Positions 23,906 to 36,634 of a DNA stretch of 64,000 bases are shown here, one piece after another (within the stretch, counting starts at the first letter, position 1; the number at the start of each line of letters is the position of its first letter). The notes beneath the pieces were generated by a model that was given only the letters and a program-made list of their open reading frames with translations, ran no database searches and was not told the DNA's origin. This DNA is from Torpedo marmorata. Taxonomy: Eukaryota. The stretch covers positions 122,636,001 to 122,700,000 of the forward strand of contig OZ360227.1 in NCBI GenBank assembly GCA_977017645.1. The letters run 5' to 3'. The position numbers were made by a program, and so were the translations under genes.

Positions 23906-26003
23906 ACTACTAGACAAGGATGTCCTTTGTCACCAGCATTATTTATTTTGGCGATAGAACCTTTGGCAGAATTAGTTAGAAAAGATCCTAAAATAGTTGG
24001 TATTAAAGTTGGAATGGAAGAACATAAAATTAGTTTGTTTGCAGATGATGTATTGATATATATGACAAAATCTACTACATCTTTAGTACAATTGACTGTT
24101 TTATTGAGAGAATATGGGGAAATATCTGGATATAAAATTAATTCTGATAAAAGTGAAATTATGGCATTATCACAAGAGGATTATAGTAGATGTAAAGAAA
24201 TTACACAATTTAAATGGGCAAAGGAAGGAATTAAATATTTGGGAATAAGGGTTGATACAAAATTGGCTAATTTATATAAATTAAATTATCTACCATTATT
24301 TGTGAAAATAAAGAAAGATTTAGAAAATTGGAAAGACTTACCTATAACTTTAATGGGAAGAGTAAATTGTATTAAAATGAATGTTTTTCAAGAATTCAAT
24401 ATCTTTTTCAATCAATTCCTTATGGAATTCCTCAAAAAAATTTTAAAGATTTAAATTCAATTATTAGAAAATTTTTATGGAAAGGAAAGTTAGCAAGAGT
24501 AGGTATGGAAAAATTAACTTGGAATTATGGAATGGGTGGTTTACAACTTCCTAATTTCCAAAATTATTATAAAGCAGCTCAACTAAAATTTGTTAATGAA
24601 TTTTTTGATTCAACTAAATCTTCTGCTTGGATTAAAATAGAGTTAAATAATATAGGAGAAGATTCCAAAGAAGAAATTATTTATAAATGGGATTCTAAAT
24701 TAATATCAATAAGAAAGAAAAATTCGCCTATTTTTAAACATTTGTTAGAAATATGGAATAAGACGGATAAGGAAATAGGAGGAAAAGGATTGATTTCTTC
24801 AAGGATGCCTTTATATCAAAATGGACTTATTCCATTTACTATTAATAATCAATTATTTAAAATTTGGTTTCAAAAAGGAATTAAGAAGATTAATGATTGT
24901 TTTGAAGCTGGGAAATTTATTACTTTTCAAAGAATGAAAGATAAATTTAATATATTAGATAATACAATTTTTTCTTATTATCAAATTAGAGCTTTTCTGA
25001 TTGAGAAATTAGGTTATGCTTTGATTTTACCAAGACAAAATGAATTAGAATTATTTGTTACCAATGGAGATGTTAATAAATTTATTTCTCAAATGTATAA
25101 ATTGTTTCAGAGGAAAATGCCTAAAGTAGGATTTCATAAATCAAGATTAAAATGGGAATTAGATTTGAATGTAAGAATAGATGAAAATCATTGGAAAGAA
25201 TTATGTAAATTAAGCATGACGAAGATTATTAATGTTAGATATAGACTAGTACAATACAATTTTTTTCATCAATTATATTTAACACCTAAAAAATTAAAGA
25301 AATTTAATCCGACATTATCAGGTTTATGTTTTAGATGTAATAAAGAGGAAGGGTCTTTTGTACATTCTACATGGTTTTGTCCAAAAGTTTATGATTTTTG
25401 GTTGAAAGTTAAAAAATTTTTAGATAAATTATTTAAGATTACATTCCCAATGGATCCTATGATATTTTTGTTTGGAGATATTAGAAAATTTAGTATTAAG
25501 ATGAAACTAAATATGTATCAAATAGAATTTTTGCGAATTGCTTTAGCTGTTTCAAAGAAATGCATTGCTATTACTTGGAAATCTGATTTAGATTTAGGAT
25601 TAGAAAGATGGCATGCAGAACTTTGTTCGTGTATACCACTTGAAAAAATTACTTATAATTTACGTAATAAATATCATTTCTTCTTAAAAATTTGGAGCCC
25701 ATATATGAAAGTTGTTGGTTTAAGGATTTGAAGATCTCTGGATATCGGATCTACTGGCGAACCTAACCTCCATAATAGAATTAGTTTATAGATTGGCATT
25801 CCCCTTACTCTATCTTTTTCTTTCTTTTTCTTCTTCTTTTTCTATTTTTATTTTTATTTTTTATTAGATTAGTGGGGCTGGGAGGGTTGGGGAGGGGAGG
25901 GAGGGAGGGGGGTGAAAATGTATCACAAATAATTTGATAATTTTATATTCTATTTTATGTATTTTGTGATTTAAAAATTTTAAATAAAATATTTTTTAAA
26001 AAA
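23906..26003 (+). mobile_element. L1 LINE, 5'-truncated, 11-bp TSD
   Basis: ORFs 23879-24454 and 24505-25731 (QGCPLSP, FADD, CFRC..H...C); A-rich tail; TSD ATGCTATTTAC at 23895-23905 and 26004-26014. Confidence 0.93.
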
Positions 26004-26751
26004 ATGCTATTTACTTCCCTGTTCCCCAGCCTCCATGTCTTTCTCCATGGTAAACACAGATGAGCAGTACTCATTACGCACCTCACTCATCTTCTGTGGC
26101 TCCACACGCTGACCTTATTGATATCAAAGGGGCCCTATTCTTTCCCAGGTTACTCTTTTTCCTTTCGTATACATAGAATATCTTGGGAATATCCTTAATC
26201 TTTTCTGACAGTCTTCACATACCCTCTCTTTGCCTTCCTTATTTCCCTCCTAAGTGAACTCCTACATCGTCTATACTGCGCAAAGAATTTGTTTATTTCA
26301 GCTGTCCATAACTGACATATGCCTCCTTTTTGTTGACCAGGGTCTCAATATCTCTGGTCATGCAAAGTTCCTTAATCTTGTCAGCTTGCCCTTCTCTCTA
26401 ACAGGAACAAGCTTTCCTTATCCTCCTTTTAAAAGACTCCCACTTCTTGTCTAATGCCATCAAAACTTGCCTTGTCCCAATTAAAGACCAACCTGGTCAC
26501 TGTTCCCAAAGTTCTCTCTTACTTTTACCTCAGTTACTTGCCCTGCCACATTTCCCAAGAGGAGGTCCAGTTTGCCCCCTCTCTAGTTGGGCCATCTACA
26601 GATAGTTTGAGAAAATTCTCTTGGATGCATTTAATAAATTCTGCCCTATGAATCCAAATCGATATGAAGGAAGTTGAAATCATCTCCTATTACAAACCTG
26701 TTATTCCTTCAGTTGTCTGTGATCTCCCTGCACATTTGCTCATCTAATTCC

Positions 26752-27615
26752 AAAATGGCGGCGCTGCCGGAGCCGCTGTAGCGGCAGCATTGCTGCGGAC
26801 CCGTGGGGAGCTATGGGTCGGAGATGCAGCACTCCCGTGGGGTCCAGCCGCCCAGTCGACTGCCGTCAGCCCCGCATGGGCTTTGAGCGTCCAGTTGAGG
26901 GAGCCGACAGTGGTTTTATTTGAGATCCCGCGACCACGGGGTCTGCGCCCAAGATGGCAGCGCCTATTAATCGGCAGCAGCCACGAGGGACTGCAGACTC
27001 CAGGGAAGTGGAGGACTGGAGCAGGGTACCAGAGGACGGAAAGATCAGCACCCCCCCCCCCGTCTGAGAAGGAGAAGCGGAGGAGACGACCCACGGGACG
27101 GTGACCACGCCGGCGGACCAGTGAGGGGCTCTGAGGCTGAAGGACCAGTGCATGCAGCGGGCTGATGGCGACTCGAGGCGAGGAACCCGCGGAGGCTGTG
27201 GGCTGCTGGAGACTGCTGTCGGGAGACTCGCGCTGGGCTGCGGACTGCTGGAGACTGGCTCGAACTGGCTGGAGGAGTACCAGGTACCGGAACCGGGATG
27301 CGAGGGGGTGCCGAGGGCACCGAAGGGTTCCTGACCGTGTCGGAGGTTGGATCTGGAGCTTGGGTTGCCGGTGGTTTGGACTGGACTCAGTGTGGCTGCG
27401 GAGGCTGCGGAAGCGCTGGAGGCGAATCTACGGACACTAGGTGATTCTGGGGGGACTCTCTTCTGCTTCTCTTTCTCTGACTGTAAGGAATGTTAGAGGC
27501 GCTTAGGCAATTTCTGCCGGTGGCGAATCTGTCTGCCTTGCAGCAGGCAAAAAGAAATTTCATGTAATATGACGCTGTCTTATTACTATGACAATAAATT
27601 GAATCTTGAATCTTG
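26752..27615 (+). mobile_element. GC-rich non-autonomous retroelement, copy 2
   Basis: AAAATGGCGGCG head, second AAGATGGCAGCG at 26951, tail TGACAATAAATTGAATCTTGAATCTTG; no TSD. Confidence 0.85.
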
Positions 27616-28739
27616 CTGACTATTGAGAGTCTTACAATACCTTTTTATTTCCAACCTCCACTAAATATCCTCATTGAATGATAATACAATAATATTCTCT
27701 TTCAATATGGCCATGATGTTCTCCCTCATCAAAAGTGTTACACCCACATCCCCACTCACTTTGAGTTTAGAGTGAGATATGGCTCCAATCATCTCAAATT
27801 TTTTTATTATTGTGAAATGCAAAAGTTGGATTATCAAATATAATAGGAAAGCCAACTTCAAAAATAAATGTTGATAAAGAAATGGGTTGAAAAAATAATC
27901 ACTAACCTTCAATGATATTCATCCCATAATAAAGGAAAATAAGAAGCAATGGTACTCAGGCATTTACCACAATTTAAAACAGCAATTGTGCCAAAGGACT
28001 TGCGTATGGTATATACTGTATTAAATTCCTGTTCAGGGAAGGAAATTGCTAGATATACAATGCCAATAAGCTTTTCTTGGAGATGGTTAAATTCTCAGGA
28101 TTTAATGTTGATTTACACAGCAAAGGAGAAGGCTTGAAGTAGCGGATTAGTTACATGAAGTATGTCTTCTGAGGGCTTGAACTTCCTGACCTATTCCAAA
28201 GTAGTTCTCTTGTTTCAACCAAGTTTCTGTCTAATGAAAATACCAATATCTCCAGGTCCTACTCTGATTTAAAAAGAGTCTGATTTAAAAAGAGTCTATA
28301 GTTAGAACGCAAGAAAATAGGAGCATCAGCAAGCCACTCAGTCCCTCAAGATATCCTGGCATTCAATATGATCACAGCTATTTTGCCTCAGCCCTTATCT
28401 TCTCTCCTCTCCTGTCAGTTCCCTAATCTTTAAATAAAAATAAAAAATGTATCTACTTCTTTAAATACAAATAAATCATCAACAACTCACTGTTGTAAAA
28501 TTGGCAAGCAAAGGGTTAATGAAAAATTAGCCTTAATTTCAAAAGGGCTGAATTACAAAGGTGAACAGGTTATACTTCAAAGTAAAAGAGCTTCGATCAG
28601 GCGGTATCTGGAAAAATACATTCAGTTTTGTATGCTACATTTTAAAAAGGATATCCTGGTCTCGGAGGGGTTACACCTCAGAAAATATAATATTGCATCG
28701 CGAACAAGCCTTAACAAAAGAAGTGTTAAAATAATCACG

Positions 28740-30790
28740 ACACCTAATTACTACTCTGAGTGTGGCTTAACTAATGTTTTGTACAACAGTAACATGACAG
28801 CCCAACTCTTGTATTCAATGCCTTAACTGATGAAGAAAAATGTGCCCTATGCCTTCTTTACCTCCCTACCTGCCTGTGTTAACACTTTCAAAGAACTGTG
28901 TACTTGTACCTATAGGTCTCTGTTGAACAACACTCCCTCGGGCCCTACCATTCAGTCTACCATATATCCCAATTTCCCAAAATTAACTTCCCAAAATGCA
29001 CTACTTTGTACTCGTCTGAGTTAAATTCCATTTGCCATTCCTTAGATCACTTTCCCATAGATCTAGATCTTGTATTATCCTCAGATAACTTTCTTCATTG
29101 TCCAGACTACCACTAATTTTGGTGTCATCTGCAAACTACTAATCATGCAACCGACAATCTCATTCAAAACAAATATATACAACAAACAACAGAGGAACCA
29201 ACAGCAATCCTGACAGCACACCACTGGTAACAACCCTCACTGCCACCCTCTGCCTCCTACCACCAAACCAATTTTGTACCTAATTTACTTGCTCACCCTT
29301 GTTACAAATTCAAACCAGCAACGATAGAAGACGCAATGCAAAATTGAAATTTATATTTATTAAACACAATTAAACATATAATTTCACAACAATTAACCCC
29401 ACTATAAACGTCTATAAACACTATTCTTATCTAAAAGGTATGTGTGTGTGTGTAAAGCCCAGACCATTACAGTCTGTGCCCAACCCTTATGTAAAAATGG
29501 AAAAACTTTCCCCAAAAACCCCAGGTCAGTCATAAAAAACAAGTCAGTCAAAAAAAAGAATAATACAGTCCACAAAATCCACTCTCTAAGTTCAGGCTTC
29601 AAATTCAGCTCTGTGTCTGGTAGAAGTACTTCTGAATGAACGTTGGAGAGAGACAATGACTGTTTATGCTTAAAAATACTTGTTTTCTTCTCTGATGACG
29701 TCCCCTTCTTGTATGTTCATAAGGATTGCGAGTTCAGATCAGTATACCACTGATTTAGGCGTGTGCTTGAATCTCACAGCTAGTCTCGCTGATCTCACGC
29801 CTGTTCTCCACAGAAGTTGCTTTTCCTCAGAATTTCTCTGAGACAGGAGGCCATGTGCTATTCTGCCAGTCTTTTCTCTCTGGCTGCACAAACCTGGATT
29901 TGGCTGTGTTCTCTAGCCTCTGCAACTTCTTCTGCAGAGATCTACACCTGCTTTTTGCAAAAGTGCAACAAATGTATCTGGTCCACAGTCTCTCTCTCTC
30001 TGGTCTCTCTGTCTGGGTACACCAAAAGTGCAACAATGTATCTTTGTCCACAGCTTGTCTCTCTCTCTGTCTGGGTACACCAAGTCCTGGGGAAGTTAAC
30101 TCTTTCAGTACCTGGCCCCAGTGTGTACTCCAAAAGACTTCATCCTTCCTGCTGACCGTCCGCAGTCCAAATGGTCAGTCATGGTCCATAACACCCTGGA
30201 TTCAAAATGTTTTAAATTTCTGGACCAGACTACTATACAAGATCTTATCAAAGGCCTTGCTAAAGTCCATGTAGATAATGTTGACCACCCGACGCTCGTC
30301 AATCCAATTGGTCAAATTTTCAAAAAACTTGAATAAATTTGTGAGACACATTTCCCATGCACGAAGCTATGCTGTCCCGAATCAAGTCTTGCCTTTTCAA
30401 ATGCTGAAAGCTTCGGTGTCTCACAATCCCCTCTAACAACTTTCACACCACTGATGTAAAGCTCACTGGCCTGCAGTTCATTGGCTTGTCTATGTTGCTC
30501 TTCTTAAATAAAGGCACATCATTAGCTATCCTTCAGTCTTCCAGTACCTCACCGGTGACTAACAAAGTTACAAAAATCTCATCCAGGAGCCCAGTAATCT
30601 CCTCCTTACAATTCCAGGTCAGGCCTCAAGGATTTAGCCACTTTTATGCAATTCAAGGCAACAATACCTCCTTCTTCATAATCCTGATATGCTTCAGAAT
30701 ATCATGGTTCTCTCCCTAAACTCACCCGTAACCATGTTTTTCTCCACTGCAAGTACACATAAGAAGCATTCATTTGAGACATCCATTTTT
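28740..30790 (-). mobile_element. CR1 RT remnant split by a solo LTR
   Basis: TTTGGTGTCATCTGCAAAC (FADDTK antisense) and AAGGCCTTGCTAAAGTCCAT (MDFSKA antisense). Confidence 0.75.
29300..30193 (-). repeat. Solo LTR of the element A family
   Basis: TGTTACA...CATAACA, homologous to the element A LTRs; 4-bp TSD CCCT (29296-29299, 30194-30197). Confidence 0.93.
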
Positions 30791-31836
30791 CTTGGCCTTA
30801 TATATAGAATACCAAGTTAACGTAAACAAGAAAATCTGCAGATCTTGGGGTCTAGTGCAGTACACAAAAACGCTGTAGAAACTCATCAAATCACACAGCA
30901 AAAAGTAAACGACAGTTGACCAGGGTCAGCGCCAAGGGGGGGCATTCGCAGGCATTGCCCCCCCAAGCAAGGTGCTGTGCCCCCCCCATCGCTTGCTGTC
31001 AGACCCGCCCCCGCTCGCGTCACTAGCGTGAGTTAAGCATCACTAGCGTCTAGCTTGACGCACGCTAGTGAATCTCCACCCGCCCCGTCACTAGCGAGCG
31101 TCAAGCGTCACTAGCGAAGGTTAGTGACGCTTGACGCAATAAAAGCAGCGCTTTTGGCTGCTACTGTTGGAGGGGAAGGAGGAGGAGGAGGTTTATGTCC
31201 GTTCGGATGGTAGTCCACGAGCACCCCCCCGCCCCTGCTTTTTTTTTTATTTTTTAAATATTTTATTTAAAATTTTAAATCACACAATACACTATATAAA
31301 ATGCAAAATTATCAAAATACATGTGATACATTTTCTCCCCCCCAGCCTCCCTCCCCACCCTAACCCTCCCACCCCTACTAATCTATAAAATAAAAAGAAA
31401 GAAAGAAAAAGATAGAATAAGGAGAATGTCAATCTACAAAAAAGAACAACTATAGACTAATTTTATTGTGGAAAATAGGTTCACCAGTCAGATCTGATAT
31501 CCAGAGATCTTCAAATCCTTAAACCAACCGCTTTTATATATGGGCTCCATATTTTCAAAAAGAAATTATATTTATTACGTAAATTATAAGTAATTTTTTC
31601 AAGTGGTATACATGAACGAAGTTCTGCATGCCACCTTTCTAACCCTAAATCTACATCAGATTTCCAAGTAATAGCAATACATTTCTTAGCAACAGCTAAA
31701 GCAATTCTCAAAAACTCTATTTGATACATATTTAATTTCATCTTAATACTAATTCTTTTAATATCTCCAAATAAAAATATCATAGGATCCATTGGGAGTA
31801 TAATTCTTAATACTTTGTCTAAAAACTTTTAAACTC

Positions 31837-34800
31837 TCAACCAAAAATCATATATCTTTGGACAGAACCATGTAAATGTACAAAAGAACCTTCTTCTCTA
31901 TTACATCTGAAACATAAACCTGATAATGTCGGGCTAAATTTCTTTAATTTTTTAGGTGTTAAATATAATTGATGGAAAAAATTATATTGCACTAATCTAT
32001 ATCTGACATTAATAATCTTAGTCATACTTAGTTTACATAATTCTTTCCAATGTTTTTCATCTATAGTTACATTCAAATCTAATTCCCATTTTAATCTTGA
32101 TTTGTGAATTGCTACCTTAGGCATTTTCCTCTGTAATAATCTATACATTTGAGAAATAAATATATTTACACCTCCATTAGTAACTAATAATTCAAGCTCA
32201 CTTTGTCCTGGTAAAGTCAGACTATGACCCAATCTTTCAACTAAAAATGCTTTAATTTGGAAATAAGCAAAATACGTATTATTTAATACATTAAACTTAT
32301 CTTTCATTCTTTGAAAAGTAATAAATTTACCAGCTTCAAAACAATCATTTATTTTCTTAATTCCCTTTTGAAACCAAATTTTAAATAATTGATTATCAAC
32401 AGCAAATGGAATAAGTTTATTTTGATATAAAGGCATTCTTGGCGAAATTAAGCCTTTCGCTCCTATCTCCTTATCCACTCTATTCCATATTTCTAACAAA
32501 TGTTTAAAAATAGGAGAATTTTTCCCTCTCGATAGTACTAATTTAGAATTCCATTTATAAATAACTTCTTCTTTCAAATCTTCTCCTATATTATTTAATT
32601 CTATTCGAATCCAAGCAGATTTTGTTGAGTCAAACATTTCATTAATAAATCTTAATTGAGCTGCTTTATAATAATTTTGAAAATTAGGAAGTTGTAAAAC
32701 ACCCAATTCATAATTCCAAGTTAATTTCTCCATAGCTACTCTAGCCAACTTACCTTTCCACAAAAACTTCCTAATAATTAAATTTAAATCTTTAAAAAAT
32801 TTCTGAGGAATTTCATAAGGAATTGATTGAAAAAGATATTGAATTCTTAGAAAGACATTCATTTTAATACAATTTACCCTTCCTATTAAAGTTATAGGTA
32901 AATCTTTCCAACTTTCTAAATCTTTTTTAATTTTCACAAATAATGGTAAATAATTTAATTTATATAAGTTAACTAATTTAGTGTCTATCTTTATACCTAA
33001 GTATTTAATTCCTTCGTTTGACCATTTAAATTGTGTAATTTCTTTACATTTACTATAATCCCCTTGTGTTAATGCAGTAATTTCACTTTTATCAGAATTA
33101 ATTTTATAACCAGATATCTCCCCATATTCTTTCAATAAAACATCCAATTGTATTAAAGAAGTAATAGGTTTTGTCATATATATCAGTACATCATCTGCAA
33201 ATAAACTGATTTTATGCTCTTCCCTTCCAACTTTAATACCCGCAATCTTGATATCTTGTCTAATTAATTCTGCCAAAGGTTCAATTGCTAAAATAAATAA
33301 TGCAGGTGACAAAGGACATCCTTGTCGTGTCGACCTAGTCAACAAAAATTTTGAAGAAATTTGTCCATTTGTAACCACTCTGGCAGAAGGCTCTTTGTAT
33401 ATAGTTTTAATCCAATTAATAAATATAGTGCCAAAACCAAATTTTTCTAATACTTTAAATAAATAATTCCACTCTAATCTGTCAAAAGCCTTTTCAGCAT
33501 CTAATGCTAATACTAATGCCAATTCCTCTTTCTTTTGAGCCACATTAATTAAACTAATTAACCTAGCTATATTATCTTTTGAATATCTATTCTTAATAAA
33601 ACCTGCTTGATCCTCATGAATTAAATCTGGTAAATATTTAGCAAGTCTATTTGCCAATATTTTCGCCATTATCTTATAATCCACATTTAACAATGAAATT
33701 GGTCTATATGATTCTGTTTTCAACAAGTCTCTATTTTTTTTTGGTATAACTGTTATTATTGCATTCGAAAATGTTTCCGGTAGAGAGTGAGTTTCCGTTA
33801 TTTGTTTTAACACCTCCATATATGGAGGTATCAATAAATCTTTAAATTCCTTATAAAATTCTGATGGGAAACCATCCTCGCCTGGAGATTTTCCACTTGT
33901 TAAAGAACTAAGAACCTCATTAACTTCTCTCATCGTAAATGGTGAATCTAAAAGTTCCTTATTTTGAATATTCAGTCTAGGTAACTTAATTTTAGATAAA
34001 AATGCATTAACTTTGAAATCATCTTTATCAGTTTGAGATTTATATAAATTTAAATAAAATTCCCTAAAAGAATCATTTATTTCCCGAGGTTTATACGTTA
34101 TTTTCTTTGAATTCTTTTTTACAGCATTTATAGTTCTAGAAGTTTGTTCTTTCTTTAATTGCCACGCCAATACTTTATGTGCTCTTTCTCCCAGTTCATA
34201 ATATCTTTGCTTAGTTCTTTCAATTACTTTCTCTATTTTATATGTTTGTAATGTATTATAATACAATTTTTTTTCAATTAAATTCCTCTTTTTTTCTTCT
34301 GATCTCTTCTTTTGTAAATCTTTCTCCAAGAATTCAATCTCCTTCTCCAAATTATCTAATTCCTGAACATATTCCTTTTTAACCTTTGCTGAATAACTTA
34401 TTATTTGACCTCTTAAATAAGCCTTTAAAGTCTCCCAAATAATAAATTTATTGTCAATCGAATTAGAGTTAATCTGTAAAAATTCATGAATTTCTCTTCT
34501 TATATAGTTACAAAAATCCGGTCTTTTCAATAAAGAAGAATTAAATCTCCATCTGTATATAATTTTCTCTTTTTCTGGAATTATACATGACATTTTTAAA
34601 GGTGAATGGTCAGAAATTATTCTTGCTTTATATTGTATTTGAGTAACTCTGTCTTGTAAATGAGATGACAATAAAAACATATCTATTCTAGAATAAGAAT
34701 CATGTCTAAAAGAATAAAAAGAATAATCTTTTTCTCTTGGGTTGAACTTCCTCCAAATGTCCATTAAATTCAAATCTTTCATCAAAGAAAGAATTTTTTT

Positions 34801-35295
34801 TGCAGTTTTAGTTCTAATAATTGATTTTGATGTTTTATCTAATATCGGATCAAAACAACAATTAAAGTCCCCACCAATTAAAATATTCTCATTTGCTTCT
34901 GATAAATGCATAAAAGAATCTTGAATAAATTGTTCATCTTGCGTATTTGGCACATATATATTCATAAGTGTCCACATTTCTGAATATATCTGACAATTTA
35001 TTAAAACATATCTTCCTGACACATCTAAAACCACAGACTGTAGCTTAAAAGGTAACTTTTTATTAATTAAAATAGCAACTCCTTTTGCTTTAGAATTAAA
35101 TGAAGACGCAACCACTTGACCAACCCATTCTCTTTTCAGTTTCTGATGTTCTACATCTGTCAAATGTGTCTCTTGTAAAAAAGCAATATCAACTTTTAAC
35201 TTTTTAATATATGCCAAAGTTCTCTTCCGTTTAATCGGATTATTTAACCCATTTATATTAATACTTACAACATTTATTAATTTATTATCCGCCAT
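31837..35295 (-). CDS. L1 ORF2p (APE endonuclease + RT); C-terminal cysteine-rich end continues in another frame to 31511
   Basis: NINGLN, LQETH, GGDFN, SRID, SDH; LDAEKAFD, QGCPLSP, FADD; 1-nt deletion at HSTW relative to the 24505-25731 copy. Confidence 0.93.
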   Translation of the reverse strand: MADNKLINVVSININGLNNPIKRKRTLAYIKKLKVDIAFLQETHLTDVEHQKLKREWVGQVVASSFNSKAKGVAILINKKLPFKLQSVVLDVSGRYVLINCQIYSEMWTLMNIYVPNTQDEQFIQDSFMHLSEANENILIGGDFNCCFDPILDKTSKSIIRTKTAKKILSLMKDLNLMDIWRKFNPREKDYSFYSFRHDSYSRIDMFLLSSHLQDRVTQIQYKARIISDHSPLKMSCIIPEKEKIIYRWRFNSSLLKRPDFCNYIRREIHEFLQINSNSIDNKFIIWETLKAYLRGQIISYSAKVKKEYVQELDNLEKEIEFLEKDLQKKRSEEKKRNLIEKKLYYNTLQTYKIEKVIERTKQRYYELGERAHKVLAWQLKKEQTSRTINAVKKNSKKITYKPREINDSFREFYLNLYKSQTDKDDFKVNAFLSKIKLPRLNIQNKELLDSPFTMREVNEVLSSLTSGKSPGEDGFPSEFYKEFKDLLIPPYMEVLKQITETHSLPETFSNAIITVIPKKNRDLLKTESYRPISLLNVDYKIMAKILANRLAKYLPDLIHEDQAGFIKNRYSKDNIARLISLINVAQKKEELALVLALDAEKAFDRLEWNYLFKVLEKFGFGTIFINWIKTIYKEPSARVVTNGQISSKFLLTRSTRQGCPLSPALFILAIEPLAELIRQDIKIAGIKVGREEHKISLFADDVLIYMTKPITSLIQLDVLLKEYGEISGYKINSDKSEITALTQGDYSKCKEITQFKWSNEGIKYLGIKIDTKLVNLYKLNYLPLFVKIKKDLESWKDLPITLIGRVNCIKMNVFLRIQYLFQSIPYEIPQKFFKDLNLIIRKFLWKGKLARVAMEKLTWNYELGVLQLPNFQNYYKAAQLRFINEMFDSTKSAWIRIELNNIGEDLKEEVIYKWNSKLVLSRGKNSPIFKHLLEIWNRVDKEIGAKGLISPRMPLYQNKLIPFAVDNQLFKIWFQKGIKKINDCFEAGKFITFQRMKDKFNVLNNTYFAYFQIKAFLVERLGHSLTLPGQSELELLVTNGGVNIFISQMYRLLQRKMPKVAIHKSRLKWELDLNVTIDEKHWKELCKLSMTKIINVRYRLVQYNFFHQLYLTPKKLKKFSPTLSGLCFRCNREEGSFVHLHGSVQRYMIFG

Positions 35296-35581
35296 TACTA
35301 ATATTTAATAATTTTCTCCTCTTCAGACCAACCAGTTCCCCTTTCCACATTTGTAATAAATTTGACATCTCCTTAAACAAAGATAAAGAGAGAAAGAAAA
35401 AAGAATAATAAAAAACTAAAGAACCCACTATAAAAATGCTGGTATATTACACCAGTATTACCCCCCTCCACTGTTCGGGAAGTGGCCCTCGCCACTAAAG
35501 TGGTGTGTGGTTAGGTACGGAGAAGACAAAAAAGTCCACCCCCCCCCCAACAGAATTTACATAACGATTGTTGTCAATTCT

Positions 35582-36634
35582 TCATCCAAGTCCAGCTTCT
35601 TCCAGATCTCTATTAACTTGCTCATCGGTCAATTCAGCCAATTCATCTCTTCTTGAAGGTGTTTGGAGATTCTCTGTCAAATGTAACAAGTCTTGAACAG
35701 GTATATTAACTTGAAGGTGCCCGGACAAATCCTGATCTTGCTTTATATTTGGAAGCATATTAGCGTACTCCAAAGCTTCTTGATAGTCCGCGAAAAACTT
35801 TGACTGATTATCTCGAGATTGAACTTTCAGTATCGCGGGATATCTAAAAGAAAATTTATATCCCTTTTTCCAAAAGATTGCTTTGGCTGGGTTAAACTCT
35901 TTACGTTTTTTAATTATTGCTGCACTTAAATCAGCATAAAAAAATACTCTATTTTTATTAATCATCAATGGAGCTTTTCTCTCTCTCGCATTTTGAACGG
36001 CTAATCTCAATATTTTCTCTTTATCCTGGTAACGAAGACATCTGATTAACACTGAGCGTGGCGCTTGTCCAGGATATGGTTTCCTTCTGTTATCTCTATG
36101 AGCTCTATCTAATTCAAGACCATAAGGGAAGTTTCCACTACCCAGAATACTTGGAATCCATTCTTGAAAAAATTCAGTTGAATTTGTCCCTTCATAATCT
36201 TCTGGGAGTCCCACAATTTTAACATTATTTCTGCGACTTTGGTTCTCCAATGTATCTATTTTTTGTAAAAGTTCATTTCTTTGTAATTCCCAGCCAGTAA
36301 ATGAATTTTCCATTTTATCCACTGTATCTTTGCAATCCACCATCTCATCACGACATTCTTTAACATCATTTTCAACTTTCTGGACTTTCAATGTGACTTT
36401 TTCCACAGCAGTTGAACATTTTTTCATATTATGTTTAATATCTTTGATTTCTTCCTTAAATTGTGTAAAGTTAGTATCCATAGCTTTAAATCCATTTTCT
36501 ATACGTTGATTCATTGTGGACACTTGATCTGTTAAATAATTTAAGGCTTGAATAAAAGTAGTTGAAATTTCTTGTTTACCTTGAAACAGATAAGCTTCTT
36601 CTCCTCCAGTTATATTTCTTTCCTCTCCCTCCAT
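35582..36634 (-). CDS. L1 ORF1p (coiled coil-RRM-CTD); N-terminal extension to ~37040 frameshifted
   Basis: LENQSRRNNVKIVGLPE, LDRAHR, FFYADLS, FSFRYPAIL motifs. Confidence 0.88.
   Translation of the reverse strand: MEGEERNITGGEEAYLFQGKQEISTTFIQALNYLTDQVSTMNQRIENGFKAMDTNFTQFKEEIKDIKHNMKKCSTAVEKVTLKVQKVENDVKECRDEMVDCKDTVDKMENSFTGWELQRNELLQKIDTLENQSRRNNVKIVGLPEDYEGTNSTEFFQEWIPSILGSGNFPYGLELDRAHRDNRRKPYPGQAPRSVLIRCLRYQDKEKILRLAVQNARERKAPLMINKNRVFFYADLSAAIIKKRKEFNPAKAIFWKKGYKFSFRYPAILKVQSRDNQSKFFADYQEALEYANMLPNIKQDQDLSGHLQVNIPVQDLLHLTENLQTPSRRDELAELTDEQVNRDLEEAGLG

Larger units (their letters stand above)
23665..27760 (-). mobile_element. CR1 ORF2 remnant, split by an L1 (23906-26003) and the GC-rich element (26752-27615)
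   Basis: ITDEEVMEILKCIKVDK; CR1-like sequence resumes after each insertion. Confidence 0.7.

Noticed and set aside
27900-28240. Possible minus-strand exon (acceptor ~28231, donor ~27906); also a GTGAGT donor at ~40887
   Set aside because: No recognisable coding sequence; splice-like motifs alone are insufficient
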